Shown here: one piece after another, positions 1 to 12,711 of the stretch
How positions within the stretch are numbered: position 1 is the first letter of the stretch
Layout: every line of letters starts with the position of its first letter
NCBI RefSeq assembly: GCF_963921235.1
Contig: NC_086097.1
Coordinates: 235,788,001-235,852,000 of the forward strand
DNA length: 64,000 bases
Direction: 5' to 3'
DNA from: Mobula hypostoma
Lineage: Eukaryota
Notes under the pieces: generated by a model
The model's input: only the letters and a program-made list of their open reading frames with translations
What the model was told of the DNA's origin: nothing
Database searches by the model: none
Position numbers and translations under genes: made by a program

Positions 1-204
1 TGATCATTCAAAATTAAACACATATTTAACATGTACAGTCAAAGGTTTAACTTCTTTGAGCCATTTTGGATCATGGCACAAACATTTTCAGAACAATAGA
101 TCCATTTAAACTAATAAACTCAGAAATGACTGGGAGTATGACTGGTTAAGCATGACTTTTATAAAATAGAAGTAGTTTAGAGCTTGAATCAACATAAAAT
201 TATC

Positions 205-1196
205 AACGTTCAAAGTGAATTTTTATCAAACTACATTTATGTCACCATATACTACCCCAAGATTTATTTTCTTGCGGCATTCACAGTAGATACAGAAACA
301 CACAATGGAATCAATGAAAACTACGAAGGTTGACAATCAACCAATGTACAAAACAAGACAAACTATGCAACTCAAAAATAGAAACAAGTAATAATAGTAA
401 TGATAAGTAAATAAACATATAAGTAAGTAAGTAAATAAATAAATAATATTGAAAACAAAAGTTTGAAAATTAGTCCACAGATTGTAGGATCAGTTCAGTG
501 TTGAGGTGAGTTGTTATCCACTCTGATTCGAAGCCTGATGGTTGAGGGGTAAAAACTGATCCTGAACCTGGTTGGTGTTGGAATTAATGCTCCTGAACCT
601 CCTTCCTGATGGCAGCAGTGGGAAGAGAGCATGGCTAGAATGGGGAGATCCTTGATGATTAATGTTGCTTTTATGTAGCAGTTCTCCATAAGACCATAAT
701 ACCACAGGAGAAGTATTAGGCCATTTGGCCCATCGAGTCTGCTTCAGCATTTCATTATGGCTGATCAAATTTTCCCCTCAGTCCCAATCTTTTATTTTGT
801 CTCCGTGTCTCTTCATGCCCTGACCAATCATGAATCTATTAACCTCTGCCTTATTTATACATAAAGACTTGTTCTCCACAGTTGCTTGTGTCAAAGAACT
901 CCACAGATTCACCACTCTCTGGTTAAAGAAATTCTTCCTCATCTCCATTCTAAAAGAACGTCTCTCTATTCTGAGTCTGTGTCTTCTCATCTTAGACTCT
1001 CCCACCATAAGAAACCTCTTTTCCACATCTAATCTATCAAGGCCTTTCACCATCATTCAATAGGTTTCAATGAGGTCACCCCTCATTCTTCTGAATTCTA
1101 GTGAATACTGACCCAGAGCCATCAAATGCTCTTCATACTCCTTGTAGATGTGCTCAATGGTGGGGAGGGTTTTTCCTGTGATGGACTGGGTTGTGT
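205..1196 (-). mobile_element. Rex1/Babar-type LINE 3' fragment, interrupted by a CR1 end
   Basis: Minus translation HALFPLLPSGRRFRSI matches the C-terminus of the other Rex copies here; the sequence resumes at ~1137 after the CR1 insert. Confidence 0.65.
688..1137 (-). mobile_element. CR1 LINE 3' fragment
   Basis: ORF 778..1056 has the CR1 ORF2 C-terminal motif NFFNQRVVNLWSSL, followed by a CR1-type 3' UTR. Confidence 0.85.
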
Positions 1197-1776
1197 AGTG
1201 AGAAGCCAGGAATCACTTTGGAATCGCTCAGTCATTTAAATACAATGCTTCTACATTGGAACCAAGAGTTATGATCCCATGGAATAGCTACACTGAATTA
1301 TATCCATTTAGATTGCTATTTCCAGAATTTTAATTAAAATGCATGCACAGTCATGAAAGCAAAGAGCCAACTATCTTCTGTTTGGTTTGGAAAGAAAATG
1401 TACACGTTAATTGCCTTTGAAAAGCTTATGATAAAATGAATGTGAAATGGATTGTCTACTTAGGCAAAATAAATCAATAGTTCAACACTTCTAAAAATGG
1501 TATTTCCCTTATTTAATCATATTTAATCTCTGGAAGTATTCAAATTGCTTTGTTGGCAGAAGGCAATCTCAAAGTGGTGAAACATAACGTATTGAACATA
1601 AAGGTAGCAAGGACAAATCCTAAGTAATTCAGTTCTGAATTTATGGGCCTAGATTAAAATACTGATTAAAAATACAGATTAAAACATAGAAAACATAGAA
1701 AATAGGTGCAGGAGTAGGCCATTCAGCCCTTCGAGCCTGCACCACCATTTATTATGATCATGGCTGATCATCCAAC

Positions 1777-4700
1777 TCAGAACCCTGCACCAGCCTTCCC
1801 TCCATACCCTCTGATCCCCCTAGCCATAAGGGCCATATCCAACTCCCTCTTAAATATAGCCAATGAACTGGCCTCAACTGTTTCCTGTGGCAGAGAATTC
1901 CACAGATTCACCACTCTCTGTGTGAAGACATTTTTCCTAATCTCAGTCCTAAAAGGCTTCGCCTTTATCCTCAAACCGTGACCCCTCGTTCTGGACTTCC
2001 CCAACATCGGGAACAATCATCCTGCATCTAGCCTGTCCAATCTCTTCAGGATTTTATACGTTTCAATCAGATCCCCACTCAATCTTCTAAATTCCAACGA
2101 GTACAAGCCTAGTTCATCCAGTCTTTCTTCATACGAAAGTCCTGCCATCCCAGGAATCAATCTGGTGAACCTTCTTTGTATTCCCTCTATGGCAAGGATG
2201 TCTTTCCTCAGATTAGGGGACCAAAACTGCACACAATACTCCAGGTATGGTCTCACCAAGGCCTTGTACAACTGCAGTAGTACCTCCCTGCTCCTGTACT
2301 CGAATCCTCTTGCTATAAATGCCAGCATACCATTCGCCTTTTTCACCGCCTGCTGTACCTGCATGCCCACTTTCAATGACTGGTGTATAATGACACCCAG
2401 GTCTTGTTGCACCTCCCTTTTTCCTAATCGGCCACCATTCAGATAATAATCTGTTTTCCTATTTTTGCCACCAAAGTGGATAACTTCACATTTATCCACA
2501 TTAAATTGCATCTGTCATGAATTTGCCCGCTCACCCAGCCTATCCAAGTCACCCTGCATCCTCTTAGCATCCTCCTCACAGCTAACACTGCCGCCCAGCT
2601 TCATGTCATCCGCAAACTTGGAGATGCTGCATTTAATTCCCTCATCCAAGTCATTAGTATATATTGTAAACAACTGGGGTCCCAGCACTGAGCCTCGCGG
2701 TACCCCACTAGTCACTGCCTGCCATTCTGAAAAGGTCCCGTTTATTCCCACTCTTTGCTTCCTGTCTGCTAACCAATTCTCTATCCACATCAATACCTTA
2801 CCCCCAATACCATGTGCTTTAAATTCGCACACTAATCTCCTGTGTGGGACCTTATCAAAAGCCTTTTGAAAATCCAAATATACCACATCCACTGGTTCTC
2901 CCCTATCCACTCTACTAGTTACATCCTCAAAAAATTCTATGAGATTCGTCACACATGATTTTCCTTTCACAAATCCATGCTGACTTCGTCCGATGATTTC
3001 ACCGCTTTCCAAATGTGCTGTTATCACATCTTCGATAACTGACTCCAGCAGTTTCCCCACCACCGACGTTAGGCTAACCAGTCTATAATTCCCCGGTTTC
3101 TCTCTCCCTCCTTTTTTAAAAAGTGGGGTTACATTAGCCACCCTCCAATCCTCAGGAACTAGTCCAGAATCTAACCAGTTTTGAAAAATTATCACTAATG
3201 CATCCACTATTTCTTGGGCTACTTTCTTAAGCACTCTGGGATGCAGACCATCTGGCCCTGGGGATTTATCTGCCTTTAATCCATTCAATTTACCTAACAC
3301 CACTTCCCTACTAACAAGTATTTTGCTCAGTTCCTCCATCTCACTGGACCCTCTGTCCCCTACTATTTCTGGAAGATTATTTATGTCCTCCTTAGTGAAG
3401 ACAGAACCAAAGTAATTATTCAATTTGTCTGCCATGTCCTTGCTCCCCATAATCAATTCACCTGTTTCTGTCTGTAGGGGACCTACATTTGTCTTTACCA
3501 GTCTTTTCCTTTTTACATATCTATAAAAGCTTTTACAGTCAGTTTTTATGTCCCCTGCCAGTTTTCTCTCATAATCTTTTTTCCCCTTCCTAATTAAGCC
3601 CTTTGTCCTCCTCTGCTGAACTCTGAATTTCTCCCAGTCCTCAGGTGAGCCACTTTTTCTGGCTAATTTGTATGCTTCTCCTCTGGAATTGATACTATCT
3701 CTAATTTCTCTTGTCAGCCATGGGTGCACTACCTTCCTTGATTTATTCTTTTGCCAAACAAGTTCATCCATGCAATCCTTAAATGCTTGCCATTGCATAT
3801 CCACCGTCAATCCTTTAAGTGTCATTTGCCAGTCTATCTTAGCTAATTCACGTCTCATACCTTCAAAGTTACCCCTCTTTAAGTTCAGAACATTTGTTTC
3901 TGAATTAACTATGTCACTCTCCATCTTAATGAAGAATTCCACCATATTATGGTCACTCTTACCCAAGGGGCCTCTCACGACAAGATTGCTAATTAACCCT
4001 TCCTCATTGCTCAAAACCTAGTCTAGAATAGCCTGCTCTCTAGTTGGTTCCTCGACATGTTGGTTCAAAAAACCATCCCGCATACATTCCAAGAAATCCT
4101 CTTCCTCAGCACCCTTACCAATTTGGTTCACCCAATCTACATGTAGATTGAAGTCACCCATTATAACTGCTGTTCCTTTATTGCACACATTTCTAATTTC
4201 CTGTTTAATACCATCTTCGACCTCACTACTATTGTTAGGTGGCCTGTACACAACTCCCACCAGCGTTTTCTGCCCCTTAGTGTTATGCAGCTCTACCCAT
4301 ATCGATTCCACACCTTCCCGGCTTATGTCCTTCCTTTCTATTGCGTTAATCTCCTCTTTAACCAGCAACGCCACCCCACCTCCTTTTCTTTCATGTCTAT
4401 CCCTCCTGAATATTGAATATCCCTGAACGTTGAGCTCCCATCCTTGGTCACCCTGGAGCCATGTCTCTGTGATCCCAACTATATCATAATCATTAATAAC
4501 AATCTGCACTTTCAATTCATCCACCTTGTTACGAATGCTCTTGGCATTGACACACAAAGCCTTCAGGCGCTCTTTTACAACTCTCTTAGCCCTTATACAA
4601 TTAAGTTGAAAAGTGGCCCTTTTTGATGCTTGCCCTGGATTTGTCGGCCTGCCACTTTTACTTTTCTCCTTACTACTTTTTGCTTCTACCCTCACTTTAC

Positions 4701-4791
4701 ACCCCTCTGTCTCTCTGCACTCATTCCCATCCCCCTGTTGTGAACTAACCTCCTCACACCTAGCCTCTTTAATTTGATTCCCACCCCCCAA
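1777..4791 (-). pseudogene. CR1 ORF2 (APE endonuclease + reverse transcriptase) with three in-frame stops
   Basis: Four track ORFs in one frame (4018..4791, 2515..4014, 2017..2511, 1777..2016); motifs GITETW, GDFN, SDHN, YLDFQKAFDKV, GVPRGSVLGP, KFADD. Confidence 0.93.
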
Positions 4792-4796
4792 CCATT

Positions 4797-5730
4797 CTAG
4801 TTTAAAGTCACCTCAGTAGCCCTCACTAATCTCCCTGCCAGGATATTGGTCCCCCTAGGATTCAAGTGTAACCCGTCCTTTTTGTACAGGTCACGCCTGC
4901 GTCAAAAGAGGTCCCAATGATCCAGAAACTTGAATCCCTGCCCCCTGCTCCAATCCCTCAGCCACGCATTTATCCTCCACCTCATTGCATTCCTACTCTC
5001 ACTGTCGCGTGGCACAGGCAGTAATCCCGAGATTACTACCTTTGTGGTCCTTTTTCTCAACTCCCTTCCCAGTTCCCTATATTCTCCTTTCAGGACCTCT
5101 TCCCTTTTCCTACCTATGTCATTGGTACCTATATGTACCACGACCTCTGGCTCCTCACCCTCCCACTTCAGGATATCTTGGACACGATCAGAGATATCCT
5201 GGACCCTGGCACCAGGGAGGCAAACTACCATCCGGGTCTCTGGACTGCGTCCACAGAATCGCCTATCTGACCCCGTTACTATCGAGTCCCCTATCACAAC
5301 TGCCCTCCTCTTCCTTGCCCTACCCTTCTGAGCTACAGGGCCAGACTCTGTGCCGGAGGCACGGCCACTGTCGCTTCCCCCAGGTAAGCTGTCCCCCCCA
5401 ACAGTACTCAAACAGGAGTACCTATTGTTAAGGGGCACAGCCACCGGGGTACTCTCTATTACCTGACTCTTCCCCTTCCCCCTCCTAACCGTGACCCACG
5501 TCTGCCTCCCGTGGCCCCGGTGTGACCACCTGCCTATAACTCCTCTCTATCAACTCCTCACTTGCCCTGACCAGACGAAGGTCATCGAGCTGCAGCTCCA
5601 GTTCCGTAACGCGGTCCCTTAGGAGCTGCATCTCAATGCACCTGGCGCAGATGTGGACGTCCGGGAGGCTTGGAGACTCCAGGGCCTCCCACATCCGACA
5701 CTGAGAACAACAAACTGCCCTCACACTCAT
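4797..5730 (-). pseudogene. CR1 ORF1: zinc finger/leucine zipper + SGNH(GDSL) esterase domain, disrupted
   Basis: CSQCRMWE...HICARC followed by a heptad-like stretch; VIGDSIV and VHIGTND esterase blocks; DGLHLN after the stop at 4902-4904; frameshift near 5480. Confidence 0.85.
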
Positions 5731-6096
5731 ACTGCCCCTCTCCTCAAATAACAAGAGAAAATGAATGCCAAACCTTCCTCGCCTCGCCCGTTTCCGCCTA
5801 AGCCCGGTGAGTCGAAGCCCTTAAGCCTTCACTCTGCTCCCGGCTCACTCCGCCGCCCGCAAACTCCGCTGTATGAGGCTTGAATAATTCGACAAGTGAA
5901 TTCAAAGGAAAGAAACATGTTGGGAACAAACTAAAACTAAATGTTGTGATTATTCCAAATGATTAATAGTTCAAACTGTTTTGAGAAAATCTGAGTGTAA
6001 CTTAGATTCAAGCTTAAATTGAGTAGTCTCTATCCTTGGAAAAGATGACAGAGCTCTGCCCAAATTAATTGGGTGGATTATTTATAGGTTCAAGTG

Positions 6097-6260
6097 CTTC
6101 TGAAGATGCTGGAAATCCAGAGTGTCACACACCAAATGCTGGAGGATCTCAGCAGGCCAAGCAACATCTATGGAGTGTAATAAAAAGTTGACATTTTGTG
6201 TTGAGACCCTTCACCAGGTCCTGATGCTGCCTGAATTCCTCCAGCATTTTGTATGTGGAT
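6097..6260. mobile_element. Degraded Penelope-derived fold-back element
   Basis: Inverted arms (aaatgctggagga...tcctccagcattt) similar to the Penelope 3' ends elsewhere in the window. Confidence 0.65.
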
Positions 6261-7307
6261 TACTTATGGTTGTTTTTCTACTGGGAAGGCGCTGTCATGG
6301 GACAATGTGTAAGTTCAACTGAAGATTTCGTTATAGCTCCAAAAAGTCAGCCAACATGCGTTCTGAAATTGGCAACTAGTATGACTGATTAAAGTGGGCA
6401 GTGAATGAAGTTCAACAGGAACCCAGCCTAATATAGGCAACTGCATTGCAACCTGAAATGACCCACACCATTGGAACCCAGTTCAATCTGACCTGAATAA
6501 ACATTCACCAGTTACACACCCAATGACCTAACCCAACTTGAGTTCATACTGAGTAGAACCCCAAGCTTCTCCAGATCTCACTTCACCTGAACCAGCACAC
6601 TGTAAGATGGGCTTCTTGTACAACAGGTTTATTTTTTCAGCAGTCACCCAATATATGGTTAATGGCTCAAAAACTTACACATAGTTGTTTATAAAGTCAC
6701 ATCTGGAATGGCAGGTTCCTGAACATTCATTTTATTTTGTCTTAAAATCTTTCTTGTGCAGTAGAGAATATCTATTTTGGATCATGTTTGTATTCTAATG
6801 GCCAATAAGACAGAGCAAGTAGAACTGGTGTTTCTATTTATGTGCCACCATAAACAATGCAAAAATGTCCTAAAATGCTTCATTATAGCATTATCAAATG
6901 CAAAATTGATTCCGTCCACGTAAGGAGGCATTATGACAAATGGCGAGAGGTTAGGATAGTCAGCAGTTGGTATGTAGTCAGGAATGGGTTAAAAGTAGAT
7001 TGAGAGAAGAGCCGGAGAGATTTAAACAAATAAATCAAGGGCTTAAGGCCTTGTCAATTGAAGTCATGGATATTAATGTTGGAGTGATTAATGAAGAGTG
7101 ATCAGAATTAGAGAAATACAAAGGGTAACAGGGCTGTAGGAATAATCAGAAATAGATAACTGAAAGCCTTGGGAGAATTTAAGAGCAAAAATTAAACAAA
7201 AATTATAATGTAGACATTGCTTAACCACAAGCCAGTTGGCATGCATGGAATATGAATAAACAGTACTCCTAAATTTAAAGTGATTGAAGGAATGTATAGG
7301 GGAAGGA

Positions 7308-7535
7308 CAGATATAAGTATTTTACAGTGATGGATGTGTGGAACGCTCTGCCAGGAGTAGTGGTGGAGGCAATTACAGTAGTGATATTTAAGAAGCTGTT
7401 TGATAGGCAGATGGAAGATAGAAAAATGGAGATTTATATAGGAGGGAGAGGTTAGACTGATCTCAGAATAGGTTAAGTGGTTGACACAACATCATGGCCG
7501 AAGGACTTGCACCGTGTTGTAATGTTCTATATTCT
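7308..7535 (+). mobile_element. CR1 3' end fragment
   Basis: gtgtggaacgctctgccagg...tttaagaagctgtttgatagg and a tgttctat tail. Confidence 0.7.
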
Positions 7536-7596
7536 AAAACATCATGCAGACAAAAGAAATGAGTAACAGTGACTGCAGAGAGGTCAGTAATCAACA

Positions 7597-8455
7597 ATTT
7601 AAAGTACATTTATTATCAAAGTATGTATGCCCTAAGGTTTGTCTTCCTCATGGACAGCCACAAAACAAAGAAAACCATGGAAGCTTTCAAAGAAAAACAT
7701 CAAATCTCCCCCCACATGCAAAACAAATTCACACGATGGGGAAAAAAAAAACAAGTGGAAAACACAGAATATGAAACATGACATTGAAAGAGTCTAGGCA
7801 TATTCAATTCAGCCCAGAGCTCATTATCTGCAGGCTGCCCCAATTCAAAATCGCTCAAAATAACAACAAAAAGGAGTGACCAGAAACCAGAAACACATCA
7901 TAATGTCCAATCCACAAACTGCATTAATTAAACCTTTCCTAAAACCCAGACTCCAGCACCATCCTCTGACAGCATCAGGGGAGAGAGAGACCATTTGAAT
8001 GCAGGGATCTTCCATCAGGGGCAGTGAGCAGGATGGAGAGAGAGACCGTCACATGCAGACACCTTCTTCCAGCAGCAGTGAGCGAGGAGGTAGACAGCGC
8101 TGAGCACACTATCGCTTTATGCACTCGCCTCGATGATTTCAAACCTCCACTGCTCTTTAATGGGCAAGAACTAAGGTCAATCGTGGACTCACACCCCGTC
8201 TCCAGGCTTCCTAGTCTCAAGGCTGTATGCTTCTCTCAAAGCCTTACGCAACTTCATCGGAAGCAGCAAAGCACCAACTCGCTCAATGGGCCCGAAAACA
8301 CACGACCAAAATGTAGATCACAGGCTACGACAGTAGCAGAACAACCTTTGGAAGAAAAAGGAGATGTGGAAGAAGTGAAAGAAGTAGTTTCATGGACGAT
8401 CGGTAGGATGTCGTCCTTGGTCGCGTTGTTTGCTGGTGCCATCTTCTTCCGGAAA
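7597..8455 (-). mobile_element. Non-coding non-autonomous retroelement with LINE-type 3' tail
   Basis: Minus strand starts near ...GAAGATGGCACC and ends TTTGATAATAAATGTACTTTAAA, like Rex-type tails here; no recognisable protein. Confidence 0.5.
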
Positions 8456-9004
8456 TAGGTGGCGTTGAGGTGAGAAATGAATGTCTTCATGTTGCTGAGT
8501 GGCAGCTGGAAGGAGCATTCTAGATTTTTTTCCAAGCTGAGCAGACATCATATCATAAAGATAAATAATTCATAAGTAAATGCTGAGACAACATTAAAGT
8601 TACTTCTCTGTCGTTGAGAATATACTGAGGATTTTCCATTGCTCTGTTGTAACATTATAGGATTTCCATAGAAATTCCACTTACACAGAGATTTCACATT
8701 TGTGTGACGTAATGGTAACTGATCAGAGTGAGCTCAGGAGAAATTCTAAGCTTGTGATATTTTAAATACTTTCGTCTTAATTTAGAGTAATTGTCTGGCC
8801 TGTCTAACACAATTACACCAGTACCTTCACCAAAAGCAACATTCTTGTTACATCCTTAAATTAACTTTTTAGTCACCGACTTCAATAACTCCATACGTGC
8901 TTTCATGTCCACTTTGTTCCTGATAATGCCTGTGAAGCTTTTAGGCATGCTCAATGTTACAGGTGTCCTGTGAATTGTTCTTGCAACAATAATTATTCAA
9001 TCAC

Positions 9005-9525
9005 ATTCCTGAGTGTGTGCCTTCAGGCCTCTGTGTCTCCTACCTGATGGTAACAGTGAGAAAAGGGCATGCTCTGGGTACTGGAGGTCTTTAATAATGT
9101 ACGCTGCCTGTCTGAGACTCCGCTTCCAAAAGATGTCCTGGATACTTTGTAGGCTAGTACCCAAGATGGAGCTGACTAGATTTACAACCTTCTGCAGCTT
9201 CTTTCGGTCCTGTGCAGTAGCCCCTCCATACCAGACAGTGATGCAGCCTGTCAGAATGCTCTCCACGGTGCAACTATAGAAGTTTTTGAGCGTACTTGTT
9301 GACATGCCAAATCGCTTCAACTCCTAGTAAAGTATAGCTGCAGTCTTGCCTTCTTTATGACTCCCTCAATATGCTGGGACCAGGTTAGATCCTTAGAGAT
9401 CTTGACACCCAGGAACTTGAAACTGCTCACTCTCTCTACTTGTGATCCCTCTATGAGGATTGCTTCGTGTTCCTTTGTTTTACATTTCCTGGTCCACAAT
9501 TAGCTCTTTCGTCTTACTGACACTG
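9005..9525 (-). mobile_element. Rex1/Babar LINE fragment (post-RT region)
   Basis: FKFLGVKISKDLTWSQH and VESILTGCITVWYG; closely similar to 31050-31500. Confidence 0.9.
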
Positions 9526-10309
9526 TCAAGTTCACTGTCTCAACTTCCTCTACAGGTCCAGAAATGATACAGCGCTGGCTAGAACCAAACGGTGAAATAG
9601 AGCCAATCAGTGAACCTGCTGACCCTGAGGATTCCTCCTGAGGTATTGAAAGCCATCTAGTCTTCATATGTGCGGACAAGAACCATCTTTGGGGATTATG
9701 AGACCTTACGTGATTGGTCAATTGTGCTAACCGGAATAGTATAAAGGTAGTTTGTCGAGCACCAGCTATTTCACAACTAATGTTCAGATTCCAATCTGAA
9801 TCCTTGTCAATATAATTTTCACTGATGTGCTCATCTTCATCTTTGCCTCGCCATTCCTTTGCATGCCATACCATCATTCCATCTATGTCAACTCACTGCT
9901 GTCATCAACATCCAATAGGTGTTCCCAGTTTGTTAATTTTTAATTTTAATTTAGCCTCTTTAATGGATGGATAAATATGTACGGCACGATCTCTATGAGT
10001 CTCAAGGTGGTGAAGCCTTGAATTCTAATCCTACTAAGAAATGGAAACTACAGAAAGTGCATCAATTCAATATTACATACCTGAAGTATGGTTTTATTCC
10101 ATTCCCATCAGATTAGTGATGTTCCATCTGTCTTATTTGTAATGCTGTACTGTCTAATGAAGTCATGAAACCTTCAAGATTGCAGGAACACTTCCTGAAA
10201 AGGATAATGGTATTGCTCAGTTCCCAAAGATGAAAGAAGCATTTGAAAAACATTGCACACTCGAGTAATTTTGCAAGAAAGCTATATGTGACCTTGATTG
10301 ATAGTGGTC

Positions 10310-10405
10310 TCTTTTCCATAGATGCTGCCTAGCCTGCTGCCTTGCTCCAGCATTTTGTGTTCATTGCTTGGATTTCCAGCATCTGCAGATTTTCTCTTGT
10401 TTGTT
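10310..10405 (+). mobile_element. Penelope-derived 3' terminal fragment inside the hAT
   Basis: tagatgctgcctagcctgctg...atttccagcatctgcagattttctcttgttt matches the other Penelope ends. Confidence 0.75.
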
Positions 10406-10807
10406 GATAGTGCTCTGATTGCTTCTTATACCATTTCCAAAATGATAGCAAAGTGTGAAAAATTGATGAGAGATTAATAATGCCTGTTGTATCAAAAGTG
10501 CCCACCACTGTTCTCAAAATCAATACCAGTATTTTAAAATCAATTCCTTTGAGTAATAATTCTATAGCTCGATGTATTGATGAAATGAGTGAAGATATTG
10601 AGTATCAGTTATGCACAGAGCTAAAAAAATACTGATACAACTGGATGAGTGAATTTTGTGAGACAACAAGACATTACTAGTAGCATATGTGTGGTTTTCA
10701 AAAATGGAAATGTTTATGAAGATATGCCCTTTTGTAAAAAGTTAAAAAAACAATTATCAATGGAGAATCAATTTACGAGTTCCAAATGTATTGTATATTG
10801 AAGATAA

Positions 10808-11300
10808 AGATAGATAGATAGAAAAGTAGATACTATATTGATTTAGTATCACTGTAGCATTAAAAGTCCACAGATATACAAATAAACAAATATTAGAAGA
10901 AAAGTTAGAAAAAATAAAAAATAAGCTACCTCAAACAGTTAACAGGAGGCTGTCATGACTTCCCCAGCTAAAGGTTGACTCAGTATTGAGCCTATTGGCC
11001 AAGGATAAGAATGACCTCATATAGCATTCTTTGGAGCAGTGCAGTTGTCCTAGTCTGTTACCAGAATTTCCAGGGTGTTCTGTAGGGTCCTTTGTTCTAC
11101 CACAGCTCCAGTGCCAGTGTGTCCAGTCTGTTTCCTTTAACAGAGCCAGCCTTTCTAATCAGGTTATTGAGCTTGTTGGCATCACCCATGTTAATGCCAT
11201 TATCCCACCACTGCATAGAAGTTGTACTGGCAATAATGGACTGGTAGAACATGTAAAGGAGGGGCCTGCCTACTCCAAAGGACTTCAGTCCGATTAGGAA
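10808..11300 (-). mobile_element. Rex1/Babar 3' fragment inside the hAT
   Basis: LKSFGVGRPLLYMFYQSIIAS...DANKLNNLIRKAGS; (GATA)n tail at ~10808-10830. Confidence 0.75.
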
Positions 11301-12049
11301 CATGACTCTTTGTGCAACAGATGAAGCATTATATATGATAAGTCACCATTCTGGTACAGAGGCATTTGTGAAAAGAGAAATTCCAAGTCTGTTTGCGATC
11401 CATTGTGTAATTCATCATCAACATCTTGCAGCCGAAAACCACAGGCAACAACTTTTTCAAGTGTGACTCTTGTAATAGCTGCTATCAAGAAAATTAAAGC
11501 TCATTCATTAAACAGCAGAATATTTCACCATTTGTGGCAAGATAACGATGAAGAGTTTGAACACTTGCCTCTTCACACTGAAGTGCGTTGGCTGTCAAAA
11601 GGCTGCTGATTAAAATGTTTCTTTGATCTTTTTGACACTGTGGTTGAATTTTTGCTCGAAGTTGATAAAAGCTTGGGAAACAATATTGAACTTCTACATG
11701 GAGCTGTGACATACCTAACTGGTCTGTATGACAAAATGAGCATTCTAAATATGAAACTGCGGGGTGGGTACTTAATCCTGGTAAAAATTGCACTGTCCAC
11801 TTTTGTCAGAATATTGGCAATATATAAGCAAAACATTGGCAGAAGAATGTTCTCTCATTTTCTCTGCATGGGAAGTATGGCGGTCTTTCACAGATGGTGA
11901 TTTGCAAGAGTAATGCTATAACCTGCAGTCACTGATGAAGGATTTTCAGAATCAATTCAAAGATTTGAACAACCTGGAAATTCTGGACTGGGTAATTAAC
12001 CAATTTCTTAGCAGGGTGGAAGAATAGGAGCGAGAACAGAAAGTTTGCA

Positions 12050-12158
12050 AGCAGAAATAAGAGAAAATCTGCAGATGCTGGAAATCTGAGCAACACACAC
12101 AAAATACTGGAGGAACTCAACAGGCCAGGCAAAAAGTACAGTCGATGTTTCAGGCCGA
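12050..12158 (-). mobile_element. Penelope-derived terminal fragment inside the hAT
   Basis: Reverse complement of the Penelope end, including a partial hammerhead core (cagtcgatgtttcaggcc). Confidence 0.75.
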
Positions 12159-12711
12159 CAAACATCACCACAGCCATGTATCCTTGAACCAGGTATTTCA
12201 ACTCTTGCTAAAAACCATCAAGCTCCAGGATCACATTGATATTGAAGCTGCTATGCAACACGCAGGTACTGTGTAAGCTAGGTTTAAAGACAAATAAAAA
12301 TTTAAAGCAGAATTGTCTTTCTCATGTTACCATATGTTAGATATGTTTTTACACTATGGGGGTGATGAAAAGTACATTGTGCCTAGAAGGGTGTTGGCAA
12401 GTATGAAGATGCTTTATGGAGGTGTTGGGTTAAAGAAGCTTGGAAAACACTGGTCTATTGCATCTGGTGCTTCTGATATGGTCTCCTCTGCATTGATGAT
12501 GTTATGTTTTATAACTCCAAAAACTAATCGAAAGAAGAACAGGGGAATCGGGAATAAACATGACTACTTCATTTTACTTTTAATAAGGCACACTCTTATG
12601 ACATAGTGGTGTAATGCCATTCACATGCTTCTTACATATAGCCCGTAACAAACAAAGAATGCTTCACCAAACAATATATTTACAATATTACTGAAATGTT
12701 AAATACACAAC

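Larger units (their letters stand above)
1684..5872 (-). mobile_element. Near-full-length CR1 LINE (5' UTR, ORF1, ORF2, 3' tail)
   Basis: Colinear ORF1 (zinc finger/zipper + esterase), endonuclease, RT and C-terminus; CATAGAAAA-type tail repeats at 1685-1702; GC-rich 5' end at ~5770-5872. Confidence 0.95.
9915..12452 (+). mobile_element. Decayed hAT (Buster/Charlie, SCAND3/ZBED-like) transposon with nested insertions
   Basis: Fragmentary translations YLKYGFIP, CLICNAVLSNEVMKPSRLQEH, AIHCVIHHQHLAA, HTEVRWLSKG; TIR-like end ttggaaaacactg at ~12440-12452. Confidence 0.8.

Noticed and set aside
2165..5431. Plus-strand ORFs of 90-150 aa overlapping the CR1
   Set aside because: Antisense shadows of LINE coding sequence; the same shadows recur at the sister copy
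8024..8535. 144-aa and 93-aa ORFs
   Set aside because: No recognisable domain; they lie mostly inside a probable non-coding repeat
9556..9641. Possible terminal exon (PEMIQRWLEPNGEIEPISEPADPEDSS*) after ctctacag
   Set aside because: No recognisable protein or partner exons; sandwiched between transposon fragments
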